From positions 2,859,404 through 2,923,403 of the forward strand of contig CAJFCJ010000007.1 in the NCBI GenBank assembly GCA_904063045.1: 64,000 bases of DNA, written 5' to 3'. This document shows positions 46,915-59,707 of this stretch, one piece after another (the first letter of the stretch is position 1; each line of letters begins with the position of its first letter). A model generated the notes under the pieces. It worked only from the letters and a program-made list of their open reading frames with translations. It was not told the origin of the DNA and did not search any database. Origin of the DNA: Dimorphilus gyrociliatus. Lineage: Eukaryota; Animalia; Annelida. The translations under genes were made by a program, and so were the position numbers.

Positions 46915-48678
46915 AGAAAGGAAATTTGTTTTTGTGTACATACCATGAACTGACAGAAGACGGTGTATATTGTTTTTCTCATTATAATTGATTAAATGTG
47001 AATGAAAATAGAATAAATCTCCCTGAACTGTGGCATCGTCAACATGAATTTTGTATATTTATTTATAGATGTTTTTAATCGAGTGCATTAAAGTTAAAGG
47101 ATACATTTGTTTGTGAGCCATTTAGAGACATTTTTCCTTTCAAATTGTGAAACAATTTTGCTTTCAAAACAATTTTTTCTCTTTAAACAGGTTACTCGTT
47201 TAACATTTGTACGACATATATCGCAAGTAAGACTTTCTATAGCTAGAGTGCACAGGTCTTAGTATGTTTACATTGAGACAAAACATTTTCCTAGAAAGCT
47301 TCAGTAAAAATTAGGTTGACTTTATGTATAAATTGAAATGTAAACATCGTAAACAATCTATTTGTGCTCTAAATTTGGTTTATGTTGAAAAATTTATGTC
47401 GGGAATTTCGAGGTTGGGTGGAAGATATTTCAAAGTTTTATCCCACGCATTCTAGGCCAAATATATCAGATGGTATTGCTTGTCTATGATAATGAAGTAA
47501 CGATATCTTTCATATATTGGTTAGAATTTTTGCTGATTTTTTTCTTTTTTCTATGAAAATGAACTCTTCGTTGGATCATTGGATTGAATATATGAAAAAT
47601 TAGTTGAGTAACATTATATCAGTATGAAAAAGGTCGATAGATATTTATTTAGTGCAACAAATAGAATTTTGAAACGGATATGTTACAGTATTATTACATA
47701 ATAAGTTATTGTCTAACTACATACGAGCACAATATTCGATTAAATGAGTCAGACAGTTGACCTTGACCCAATATCATAATTACAAGGTTCAACAAAAGCG
47801 TAGCGGGTGATAATATTGATGAAGAGAGCTTTGGTTAAATAGTTTAAGACCTCCTTGGGAGAAGGTGTGATATCAGCTATGTCAACTCGTATTACTCCAA
47901 GTTCATTCACACAAGCGATTTATTAGTCCCTGATTAGTATTTTTAGGTCAGGCGTTGACCTTCGAAACTAGGTAGCACGAATTAAAAGCGTGCATGCTAA
48001 GTGCGCAGGAGTCTTTTGTAAAATGTAGACCATATGTAAGAAATTGCTTAAACTTTATTAAAAACCAAAATAAGTTAATTGCTAAAAGCGCTGTATACAT
48101 ATTAAAAGTATGTATATACATATACATATATACTGTATATATATATATATATACTAGATAGATTTATGTATATAGATAGGCAAATAGTATAACAAATAAA
48201 TTAAACAACGTCACTGAGGGCATATTTCTTTTACAAAAAAAAACCTGACACATTATTTACAATTTGATATTTTTATTTTACATACACATATTTAAATATT
48301 ATAGACATAGACATACACATTAACATTCACATATATGCAACACTGTATATATGAATTTTACTTGAACAAAAAAGCACAAAAATTTTTAAAGAAATATGTT
48401 TTTTGTTGTCAAATGAGATCGGTATTACAGTATTACATACGTTTTTATTATCTTTTTTAAAACTACAACGCATAGAACACCAAAGAGTATGAAATATTTT
48501 TTGTTACATAGTTCCATTTGTTGTTTTTTTTTTTCTCACGTATACACTCTGCTATATTTGCAAAAGTTTGTAAAACAGACAAATTTCGTCCGCCGTGCTC
48601 CTTTAGCCGAATTATTTAAATTATTACCGCTGAAAGAGCCGGTAAATTATTATGTAAAGAAAGCACAAAGTTCGAAAA

Positions 48679-48714
<36 letters not shown>

Positions 48715-50137
48715 TAGTATATATATATACATATATATATGTACAGTTTCAAATACTGCATATAATAACCTCTTAAATATTTTATCTATGTCCCATTTAA
48801 AGATATCGCTTTGTTAAAATTTTCATTTTAACTGAATTAGACACTCTTCGAGCATGCTTTTAGCGGACTTGTTATCTTTAACTAATTCGATCACCGGGTG
48901 AGCGCGTTACACACACATATATATCTTATTCTTTTACAATTAAAGATTATTTTCTTACTTTTTGTTTTTTTTCGTGTCCTTTATACTATGTTTGCAAAAA
49001 CAAATAAGATCTTCTTATTTTTTTTTTTGATTCAAAATATATAACTTTTTGTCTAAAAACTTTTTTCTCCTTTTTTCAAAAGAACATATTTTTTTTCTAG
49101 TCAAAATAAGAAATTATTAAATGGAAAAAAGCAAGAAAGATAGAAAAAAAAGAAAAACAAAACCAAAACATTATTTTTTTTTAAAAAAACAACTTTTCTA
49201 TTAAAAAAATATTTTATTATAATATTTTTTATTAATGATCTATTTTTTTTTATCATTTTTAGTAACTTTTTTCATTTTATTTTTTTTCTTTTGCTTGTTT
49301 TGTTTTGTTTTGTTTTTTTTAATTCATTTTTTTTTCTTTTTTGCCAGAATATTGAAAAATGAAGTAGAAAAGAAAAGTAAAAAGTTTTCTTTCTCAGTTA
49401 TTCTTTTTTCTCTTTTTGTTTTTTGATTATTGAAAAAAGATGAAGAATATAGAAAAGTGTGTATGTATGTATGTATGTATGTGTATGTGACGGAGAGTGA
49501 GAGAGAAAAGAAAATAAATGAGAGAAAAAAAAAAGAGAGAGAGATTATCAATGAAATAAATAAATAAATAAAAGTATAAATAACTAATTAAAAGAAAAAT
49601 AGAATTATTTTTAATTAAAGCTTTTAAGTTTTTTAAAGATTTTATCTAATTTTTTTTTTTAATTTATTGTTTTTTACTGTTTTTTTTTTTACTTTTTTTT
49701 ATGGTTATTATTTTTAAAACTAGTTTTAGTTTAATTTGTTAAACTTAATTAGTTAATTATTATATAAGTGAATATTTTCTGTCGGCTGAGAGATAAAATA
49801 TAAAAAAAAATAGTACTAAGAAAGAATACTTTAGAGAGAGAGAGGGAGAGAGAGAGAAAAAAGAAGCATGCGCATTAAATGCTTAAAATAGATGAAAAAA
49901 TTGTTTATAGAATAATTGCTAGTTATTTGTCCTAAATGCATATTGATCGTTGTTTTTACAATTCTTCCTTAAATAAAGTAAAATGAGGTTTAAGGTAATG
50001 AGATAGCAAGAGAGAGAAACAGAGAAAAAAAGAGAGAGAAATAGAAGGAAGGAAATAGAAAAAGAGAGAGGATAGAAAGAGATAAAGGAGAAATAGTGGT
50101 GGAAGAATTTTTGTAGTAATTTTTTGTCTGTTTTTGT

Positions 50138-51666
50138 CTAACGACAACCACATCTAGACGTTTTAACGTCGGCTACATGCTTTATCGCTAAATTTTCGCT
50201 AGTTGTCATATACAGAATAGTCATAGGTTCCATACGAGTTGGAACGCAGCACATGTTTACCGTCCTTAGCATCTTAACTTCACTTGGTCGTTTAATAGCA
50301 ACATTTTCAACTGTGCACTCTCCCTGACAGGTATCGGCATGAATTCGGCGAGGTGCGACAATATAATCCCAGCCAATTTCAGTAAAGTTCAATACGAATC
50401 TTGAAACGCAGCAATGCCGATAAGGATCACATCCACCTTCAGTTTCTCTTCTTACTCTTAGTCTCCCTTGTTCGGGAATGGTGATATTTACTTGCCTATG
50501 CGTTCTATCTTCTTCTGTCTCAGGTTTTAAGGACACTCTAAGCGCTGTATTCTACAGACAGACAAACAGTATTTTAGGCACAGAAATAGAATAAGATATA
50601 AATTAAAAAGATGTGTAAAAAAAACACAATTAAAAATAAATGTAAGAAATATTTATACTAACGAGTCTTAAGGATGGAATCGTAAAGTGGTACGGTTTTA
50701 GATGTCGGCGATCGTGGCAATGTGCCTTCTTTGCGCTCACTATAATAGATAATCTCAAATTTTCTACATTTTCCTTCCATAAATCAGAAATAAGCATCTC
50801 CATTAAACTGGTAACTCCTTCAAATGCTACTCGCTTTTTATTATGACTATATCTTCCAGAGGCAAATAGATTATTTTTAATATTGACCCGATTATTCTCA
50901 TCGATTCTGAATGCTAAGACACAAGCACCATTTTGAAGGATATGTGGCGCCTTCACCTTACGGATGGGAAGTTCAAATTTAACTTTGGTCAAACGGTGCA
51001 CCAAGTTATTCTCATTCAGTAGATCCCTTAATGACACTTGAATGTTAATTGCGTTTTTCATCACTCTCTTGGTCGCGTGCCATTGAACTTTTTCGGACAC
51101 TGTTATGTAATTGTTTATTCGTTAAAACTTGTTTACAGCTAACATATGCTGTGACCGCCATAGATAGGGCGATCGGGCAACCTTTTACAATACGAATGTT
51201 AAGATGTCTAGGGCTATATAGCCTATATTCTATTCTATACAAGAAAAAGTACAAAAGCCTACATTCTGAAATACTTACTTGGTTCAGGATGTAAGTAATA
51301 GACCTCGTTCATCTGAAACTCGTCTCTTGCAGATGTGATTAGTGACCGAGCCGATACTGGCTTTGGTGACTTTCCTAAAATATTGCCGGTCTCATACCGC
51401 CTGTCCAATTCTGCATCGTCCACTCCCAGTCTTTTTTTAAGCTCCTCTCTTGTTCTCTCAGTAACCTGTTTTTGTTCTTTGGATAATTCGGGAGCGGCCT
51501 TCATATTTAAACTTTGTAAAATATTCTTCATCAATTTGACCGTTGCTATCGTTTTATCATCAATATCATTTGAATCGCCGTCGCTTTTCCCTCTATTGGT
51601 TGGCAGGCAGTGAAGGGTTTGTAAACCCAATAAAATAGTGAATAGACCAACGAACGTAATCGGCAT
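50138..51666 (-). CDS. TGF-beta superfamily ligand, activin/myostatin-type (9 Cys), divergent
   Basis: Exons 51279-51666 (signal peptide MPITFVGLFTILLGLQTLHC; LMKNILQSLNMKAAPELS resembles the myostatin latency helix), 50663-51099 and 50138-50551. Furin site RVRR, then C..CC..GWDYIVAP..CQGEC..CCVP..M..LY..CGC. Confidence 0.92.
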
Positions 51667-51783
51667 GCTGTTTCTTTGATTTTATTTCTTTTCCGATTCA
51701 CGCCGCTTTGTCTTCAACGAGCGATCAGCTGTTTATGCCCGTTTTCTTGCTCTTGTGCAGCGGCCTCCAGCGGTATATAAAGA

Positions 51784-51794
51784 TATATATATAG

Positions 51795-51826
<32 letters not shown>

Positions 51827-51837
51827 CTATATATATA
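51784..51837. repeat. Perfect 54-bp AT palindrome: (TA)n core with TAGTT/AACTA arms
   Basis: Base-by-base complementarity about the centre 51810/51811, including the G51794-C51827 pair. Confidence 0.85.
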
Positions 51838-52647
51838 ACATATATGCTTTAAAATATTAAATAATATATATATATATATAATTATATACAAATATATATA
51901 TTATATACAAATATGTGAATTTATATATATAATTATATATATAAATATGTAATTATACAGTATATATATATATATATATGGCATTTTTTAAGAAATATTA
52001 GTATATTTATAGCATGACTTTTCATTCGTTTATTCCTTTTTTCAAAGTATCATGAAAAAAATTGCCTTTATATCTAATACAATTGAATTTTTGACATAAA
52101 TAAATATGTGATTTAAACATATATCAAGTAAATATCAAGTCATTTGTATAGTACATATAGCATTTTTTAAATCTATTTCACTCTCTCTCTCTATCTATCT
52201 ATCTATCTGTCTGTCTGTCTATATATATAAATCTATATTCGTATAAATATATATTTATATGTATTTATAAAATAAGTTCATAAGTCTTAATTAATGAGTA
52301 TGACAAGAAGTGTATATATATACGTTCTGTATATTGACTGGTATTGATAAATTAATTTATATTGTCACAATGAGAAATACAGCACAAGGGATCATTATTT
52401 TTATTATTATAGCTCATGTTGCATTCAGATAATTTATAATAATATTTAAAACTTGCTTATTTTGCTCTGTGCGAGTGGTAAATAACTATTTGGAACAGTT
52501 GTAAATTCAAGTGATTTCAATGAAAAGTTCTGCTTAATAGGCAATTCTATACCGTCCTTAACTGTTTATAACCCGAGTCCTTTGTGTTATACCTTCTTTG
52601 TATCTGAATACTGTTCAAAACTAGGCAGAGGAACTCAACACCCTAAA

Positions 52648-52656
52648 ACGGAAGTG
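52648..52656 (+). promoter_or_regulatory. ETS-family core site ACGGAAGTG upstream of FBXO42
   Basis: Near-consensus (CCGGAAGTG) about 120 nt upstream of the ATG at 52773. Confidence 0.35.
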
Positions 52657-52772
52657 CGCGGAGAACAAACCAGACTTATTAGCAGACGATCAATAACCTC
52701 TCGAGAAAGAAACATAAAAAAATGTAGAAGGATTCTAAATAAAGACGTGAATTAATTGAAAAACAGTAGAGA

Positions 52773-54824
52773 ATGAATAATAGTGACGATTGTACGAACG
52801 GTCGCAAATTACCGGAGGAGATCATAGAACACATCTTCTCTTATTTATCCCTCTACACTGACTTGAAAAATTGCATGTTGGTTTGCAAATACTGGAAGAG
52901 TATAGTTGAAAGTAAGCAAACGACTCTTTCCCCCATTCACTAGCATTAATAATCTAACACACAATGTTCTATTAAACTTTAGATTCTATTAATCGATATC
53001 AAAGAAAATTCAGGAATTGCCTCAAAACGAATAATCTGACAGTGTACGAATTGAATGATAATAATGTAAATTCAGAAGCTTTCCGATATCCTCCGGCCAG
53101 GCACTCATCTTGTATGGCTTATGCCCAGGGTTTTATTTATGTCTTTGGTGGCTGTACAACACACTCGACGGCATTTAATGATTTATGGAGGTTTTTAGTC
53201 ACATTCTCATTCTTAGTAAAGTTAAAGAATAAAAACATACTATTTAAATTTTACAGGTTGGATCTCAGTAATGCAAAGTGGTCTAGGCTGTCACAAACCG
53301 GTAAAAGTATTAAATAGACATATATATGATTCTTTTAAATATCTTCCGGAAACTGTTCTTTATAGGTCAGTGTCCCTTACCAAAAGCTGGTCCTACATTG
53401 ACTTTTTACAGTAAAAATCTTATCCTATGCGGAGGTTACAAAGTACTATCAAATGAAACTACAAAATCGGTATGTAATTCCATTTTTTTTTTATATTCGC
53501 CACCTAAAAAAGCGACATTCCTTATTTTTGAAATTGTATAATATATTCTCTTTTGATCTATTCTTTAGGAAATGAAATGTGAAAGTGATATACATTTTTA
53601 CGATCTCAACACCTCAACCTGGATAAAGCCTGAGAATGTCGCCAATGAGGTGTTAACTTTAGGTCACGGAGCATGTTGCATAGGGAATCAGTTATATGTG
53701 ACTTGTAATTCATACGAGAATTCTGTTTGGAGATTCGTTGTTAAGTCTTTAAATTTAGATACTCTAGAATGGAAAACTATTCGTACATTTGGTGCTCAAC
53801 CGGCTAAGAGAAGCCACCATTCGCAGCTAGCCTTAAGTAATCGTGTGTTAATCTTCGGCGGTTTATGGCAAGAATACGGAAATATTAGGGTGTGTACCTA
53901 AAATTGATGGTCGTGTCGGTGTTTTTTTTATAGTTAATCATCAAATGAACAGTGTGCTGTATGTTAAATACAACAGTCGCCGGGTCAATGTCCGTACATT
54001 CTAATTGTTTTCAATACTTTCACGACTATCGCCTGATTTTTATAAATTATCCTACAAATTGTTAAACCGGTTTCAGCCCGTCCCGGATGCGTATTTTCTT
54101 TGTTTGGATACCTCAGAATGGACTAAAATTACCATATCTGTCAATCCAAGTGATATATGCATTAAGTGGAATGCTCCTCTTATTCAGGTTTGTTTTAATG
54201 GGTTTAGTAATCTCTTTAAGCTAAAATTCGTACAACTACATTAATCTTATTTTGCAGGTCGGCGATTGTATTGTGGCTTTCGCTAAGAAAAGAATTGGAG
54301 ATGGATATGTTAGATTCGAAGAGAGTAGCAGAAAAATTCAAATTCAAAAATATTCTGACATAGAAGAAAATCAAGTTCCAAGTGAAAACATTTCCGAGCC
54401 AATTAATGATGCCACTCAACAGTCAACAAGGGTTTTCGTTCCACCAGATCGAGCAATGACGAAGAGGGAAAAGCAGTTGTATATTTTACGAATGCATGAA
54501 CAACGTTTAAGAGAGTTACAAAAGAAAGCTGTGCCATCAAAAACTAGCGAACCAACTTGGCAAAACAAGAAAACTTTAACCGGTGCCAAACACTATAAGC
54601 CAGCTCTTATTTGTACGTTCGATGCCAACATCTTAAAAGAAGAAAACAAACTACAACGCGTTGAAGTCAACCTTGAACTGTCTATACCTGATCTGGCCTT
54701 CTTCAATGCAGCTCTTGCTCATTGTGAACTAGTTTTATTTGGAGGTCTAGAAAGAGATGAAAAAGAGATTACTAGTTCGACAAACGGAACTTATGTTGTA
54801 ACTATGCCTGATAGGCCTGTATAG
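52773..54824 (+). CDS. FBXO42: F-box/kelch-repeat protein 42
   Basis: F-box LPEEIIEHIFSYLS..DLKNCMLVCKYW; kelch repeats PPARHSSC..YVFGGCT..FNDLWRLDL, PLPKAG..LILCGG, HGAC; C-terminal AALAHCELVLFGGL. Multiple short introns. Confidence 0.88.
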
Positions 54825-55184
54825 TTATTTTTATCTAAGAAAATATTTAAAAAGCAAAAATAAATGTGAATCCTCTGATATAATCTTGTTCAAGCGAAAA
54901 TTTGGTCCTTTGTCAATAAGAAATTATTAGTGGGTCCCGTGGTTTTATGTTAAGTCTAAATAAATTTTTTTACCGACGCAGGTGGTGTCAAGGACAAGGA
55001 CTCCTTAAAAAGGAATAAATGAATTTGTCAATTTAATGATGTAACTCTAGCTTCGTACTTTAAACCTGTTGTTTCTTATACGATATGGTCCATAGTTCAA
55101 GATCCACATTTTTCGTTCATTAACATTCCCATAGTTATAAAACTAGTTTTGCCTTACAGTTTGTAACAATTGGCTGTTTTTGGG

Positions 55185-56945
55185 TTAAATTGCATTACCG
55201 GATAGAAACATTTCGTCCCCATTTATTTCTCTAACGGCTCCCCAATATGTATCAGACTCTCTTTGCCTAGATTTAAGCCCAGTATTAATCATTTTTCGAG
55301 TATTCTTCAATAGACTGTTGGCTAAAAGTATGGCGCTAGACGGCGCTTGTCTTTGGCCATTCACCTCCAACGGTGAATCCAGGGTGCTCCCTTGAGGAAA
55401 AGTAGGCGGGACGAATGGTGGGAGGCGGTGAGGTCGTTTCGGATGAACTGGTCTCGACACCCTGTTGTCGGCGCTTTTGTTGCGTTGTAAGCCGACAGAG
55501 GGAACGCATAGTTGAAATTTTTCTCCAGTCTTTGGGCTGCTGGCGACTTCTATCGAATTTGAACGACGTTTTTCGGTCAAGTATTGTCTTAGACCTTGAT
55601 TTGTAAAGGTTGCTCCACATTGAGGACAGCAGGCCCTCCTATGCAATAGCCAACTGTCAATACAACTACGGTGAAATAAATGGGAACAGGGTAAGCGTCT
55701 GACAAAATCTCCCGCATTGTAAGGTTTAAGGCAGGCCCGACATTGTCTGCCTGGTTGGAGAAGGGTGCTGTGACTACCTAGGCGTTGCTGACTTAAACTT
55801 TGAATAACCGATTCATCCAGGTCCGATCCTGTAGGTTGATCACTATCAAGTTGTAGCAGTAGCTCGTAATCTTCATCAACTAATTCTCGTCGGCCAATAT
55901 CTTCGATAATAGCTTGTGGTAAAGTTGATACGGCTTCTCGGTGAGCCGGTTTCCATCTTTGATTTGGCCTCTGTAAACAATAAATAGGGACAGATGTTAG
56001 AAAGTTTTCAAATAAGTATTGAAAATTTATTTTATACTTGTCTATATAAAAAAGAGTGATGACGATGAGCCTCAGAATTAAAGCAAATTTGACACAGATG
56101 ATAATCAGCACAGGAACCACACCTATAGCATTTACCCGTTATTGGTACTAAATGGCAAGAATTACACGAAATACCCCGATGTTGGGGTAAACCATTAACA
56201 TCCGTTGAGGGTCGTTCGCTTCTTGAATTATACATTTGAGTTGCTAATTCGTGAAAAGAACCAAAATTTTCTCTACAAAATGGACAAGTAATATCGGTTT
56301 GTCCAGTTGATCTTTGATGATCAGCCCAGACTTTCATACATTTTATATGAACATTGTTTCCACAACCATTCCTACAATACGTTACTGGTAATCTTTTATC
56401 AAGTAGGTTTTCTTGACATATTGGACAAACATCATCATCAGATATTTCTTTTTGTTCAACCCCACTATCGTCCTTTTTACTTTCCTCCTCTTCATTATCA
56501 TTCCTCTTTGAAGCGGACTTCGCAATTCGCCTTGCTGCAGCTGTTATTCGTTGTTGACGTACGTGTGCATCTCCATTTACAATTTCATTTAGTTCACGTT
56601 CTACTAGACCTAATTGCCATGTTACTGTAATTTTAACGTATGTTTTGTACATATTGTTTATGCGAATTTGAACCTTAACGTACGAGGATTTGTTCGATGA
56701 ATGCGAAACTTCTTTAAAAGAATCCAACTTATATGTTTACAAACATCCTTCTCTTTACGAAATACTGAACAGCTACATGAATGAGGATCTCCTAAATATA
56801 CCTTAACCTTTTTTTCCTCCCCATCCTCCTTTAAGAGAAAACCTGTTGGGCCAGTTTGTCTGAGTATATATATTGTTGCATTTAGTGCTTGATCTTGATG
56901 CCAATTTGCGGCATCACTAATCGTTCTTCGCCAACTTCTTGCCAT
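55185..56945 (-). CDS. ZSWIM2: E3 ubiquitin ligase ZSWIM2 (SWIM-RING-ZZ-RING)
   Basis: SWIM CSC..CKH after LRQTGPTGFLLKED; RING CPIC..C..GCGNNVHIKC..CPFC; ZZ CNSC..CYRCGSCADYHLCQIC; second RING CRAC..LPCSHLFHRSCIDSW..CPQC. Three exons. Confidence 0.93.
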
Positions 56946-57051
56946 TTTATGTGAATAATAATGTCTCGATTGTTTATTATGGTATAAATTTTCTCAGTAA
57001 TTATTAGATATCCACCAAAAATGGCTCATATTTAAACCGGTTGTTTATAAA

Positions 57052-57065
57052 GTAACCAGGGCGAT
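57052..57065. promoter_or_regulatory. Candidate RFX X-box upstream of ZSWIM2
   Basis: GTAACC-AG-GGCGAT versus the consensus GTNRCC-N0-3-RGYAAC; about 107 nt upstream of the ATG. Confidence 0.4.
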
Positions 57066-59660
57066 AACAATATCCTACAGAGGCGGCCTCGATACCAGAC
57101 TTTTTTGAAAGTAGGTATGTACTGCCATCTATATTTAAAAAACTTTTCCCTAACTGACAATAGATGGCGATATCTACCAAATTGTGTGCGCTGAACGTAT
57201 AACCTATATAAATAAATAAATATGTATATCTATATGAAATATAACGTCTCTTTAGTTTTGTTTGAAGAAGGGTCAGTATTACGAATTAAAGCGAAGAAAA
57301 TGAAACAATAAAGTATAAAGAAAGAGACTATATCCATTTAAATAAAGAAATATAATAAGAGAAGCGAATAAGCAAGTTGGAGGGTAATAAAAAATGGGTG
57401 GAGGAAAAAAAAGTGTCTGTATTATATCAATTTCTTTATAAATGCTTATAATAAAAGAAAAAGTGAAATCCAATCGAATTATTCCTTATCCAAAGTCTTC
57501 TTTTTTACAAAAGGTATGTTTAAAACGTCACTCAAACGTTCCATTAACGCTATCGAAATCGCGAAATTGGATGCAGAACTTTGGCACAGCCTCCGGGCGA
57601 AATTCTTTCCTTTTTTTTTTAAAGTTTAATATTGGAGTGTAGAAAATATATGTTGTTATAAAGATATATAACATACGCTGTATATATCAAACGGCAAATG
57701 ACCGTAACGTCAAGGTTTTATTCATTTCTTTTCATGTTACGATTCTAATCGAACTACCTTTTGCTAAAGGTATAAAAGGAAGGGGAGGAGAGAGAGAAAA
57801 AAAACCGTGGAAGAGGGTGTAAGGGTTAGAATGGGGTTTTTTTGTAGGGTAGGCCTATTTATTATAATGCGAAATGAACTTTTCCAACACAATGTATCTG
57901 ACCTATAACCTTGATGAGGGCAGGAAGGTAACTGGCTTTTAGCACTTTTCATTGTTTTATGATTTTAACTTAAACAATCGCTAAGACACAATAAGAAAAT
58001 ATAAAACAGGGGAATGTGTAGAGCGGTCGATATATTCTCGTATAATGCAATACAGAAGCGGCAGTTTGTCAAAACGAATCCCCAAACAGGAAAGGAAGCG
58101 TGACTACGACGTCGCTACGACGTCACGGGTCGGTTGAAAGACGAAATTATTTGCATATATACAGTTCGCTTTATTAGGCGAAAACCCGTGTAGTACTTAT
58201 GCCAAGACTCTATTGAAAAAGCTAGTGGATCGGGGCTCTGAAAGGGAAGATAAGATCTAAAGTATGTATCGACGCTCTGTCATCGCTGGGCATGCCGCAT
58301 CTTTATCCTTTTCCTCAGGCGTTTCTAGCCTCTTCCCTTCATCCTGGCTTCGAGTCTGGCCTTTGTCAGCGCGACAGTTTGATTACCATTAAGCGCTACA
58401 TCAAAGTTCTTCCATCCCTCTATAAATACGCGTGCGAGTTCTTATATATATAAACATCTATATACAGTCTATTATTACTTTTACTTCTTAAAAAAATGGA
58501 AGAAAGGAAGAAAAATAAGGGAGGGGAAGGGAAATATACTAAAAATAGAATTTTTTGTTTTGATATCATCATCTTTGACTTTCATTAGGCCAAGACTTGG
58601 CGCCACCTATTACGATTCACTGAACATTTGACATGAAACCATATACGTCCTGTGACAAGCTCTCCTCGGTCTCTCCCTTTTCTTTTGCTTTTCTCACGCT
58701 ATTAACGTTGCATTAAGTCGTAATTACTGACCTTTTAAAAAATCTTTACATGCAAAATTTAAATAGTTTCTTTTCTCTGTTTGCCTTTCTCTATTTAGAG
58801 AAAAAATAATAAGATAAGAAAGGATAGGAATGTCTGGAAAGAATGACATATTTTTCCGTATATTTATATAATAAACTTTATAATAAATATAATAAACTAT
58901 GTAATAAAAAGGAAATGAAATTTGAGAGTTTGTTATTCTTTTTCAAAGGATAAATAGATTGTATTCTGTTATTAGTGAATGGTTAAAGGATAACGTTTCT
59001 TTCTTCGTATCCTATCCTTCTTTCCTAACTTATTAAAACATATAAAAGAGCTCTTATCATTTTACGGTTAAGAAGTCAAAATTTAATTATCATTTACCAA
59101 GTAAAATGACTATATTGAATGAATGGGAAACGAAACGGGTAAATATTCCGGAATTTGCATTGTGTTCATGTCAACAATTCTTTTTAGATTCAATCGTTTG
59201 AAACCGATTTTCATTCTAATTTAAAAGAAAATGTTTAATCTATTTCGATTTAGTTCTTTTTCTTGTAGTTTTATTTGTTTTACCTTTTAAAATGTAAATA
59301 TTGGGTAGGAAAATAATCACACTTAATCCTGTATAATATTGAAAGAGTAAGAGTCATTTGTATAATTAGATAAGGAAGCGAAATGGTATAAATAATTGAT
59401 AATGCGCAAGAGATTATCGATTTTTTTTATAGTTCGCCTTATGTACCCGATTTATTCACACGATACATACCCTCTTGTATCCTCTTTGCGTCTACCTCTT
59501 CAACCTTCAACAAAGATGTTTGCGTGGACAATTACATAGGACTATTCGGCGACCTCTGGGTAAACGCTTCCCTATGTGTCTAAACAAAGTCTGCAGAGTG
59601 ATAAAGGTGTTAAGGGCGCATGCTTTCTAATAGCAAACAGACTAGAGTTCTTAATAAGAC

Positions 59661-59663
<3 letters not shown>

Positions 59664-59705
<42 letters not shown>
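59664..59705. repeat. (GA)n microsatellite
   Basis: About 20 uninterrupted GA units, directly visible. Confidence 0.95.

Positions 59706-59707
<2 letters not shown>

Noticed and set aside
47815-47934. Possible C/D-box snoRNA (TGATGA...CTGA)
   Set aside because: No convincing terminal stem, no recognisable rRNA-complementary guide, and not intronic.
48845-48912. Possible miR-36 precursor hairpin (TCACCGGG on +)
   Set aside because: The putative arms pair poorly, with several consecutive mismatches. Kept only as a possible target site on the - strand.
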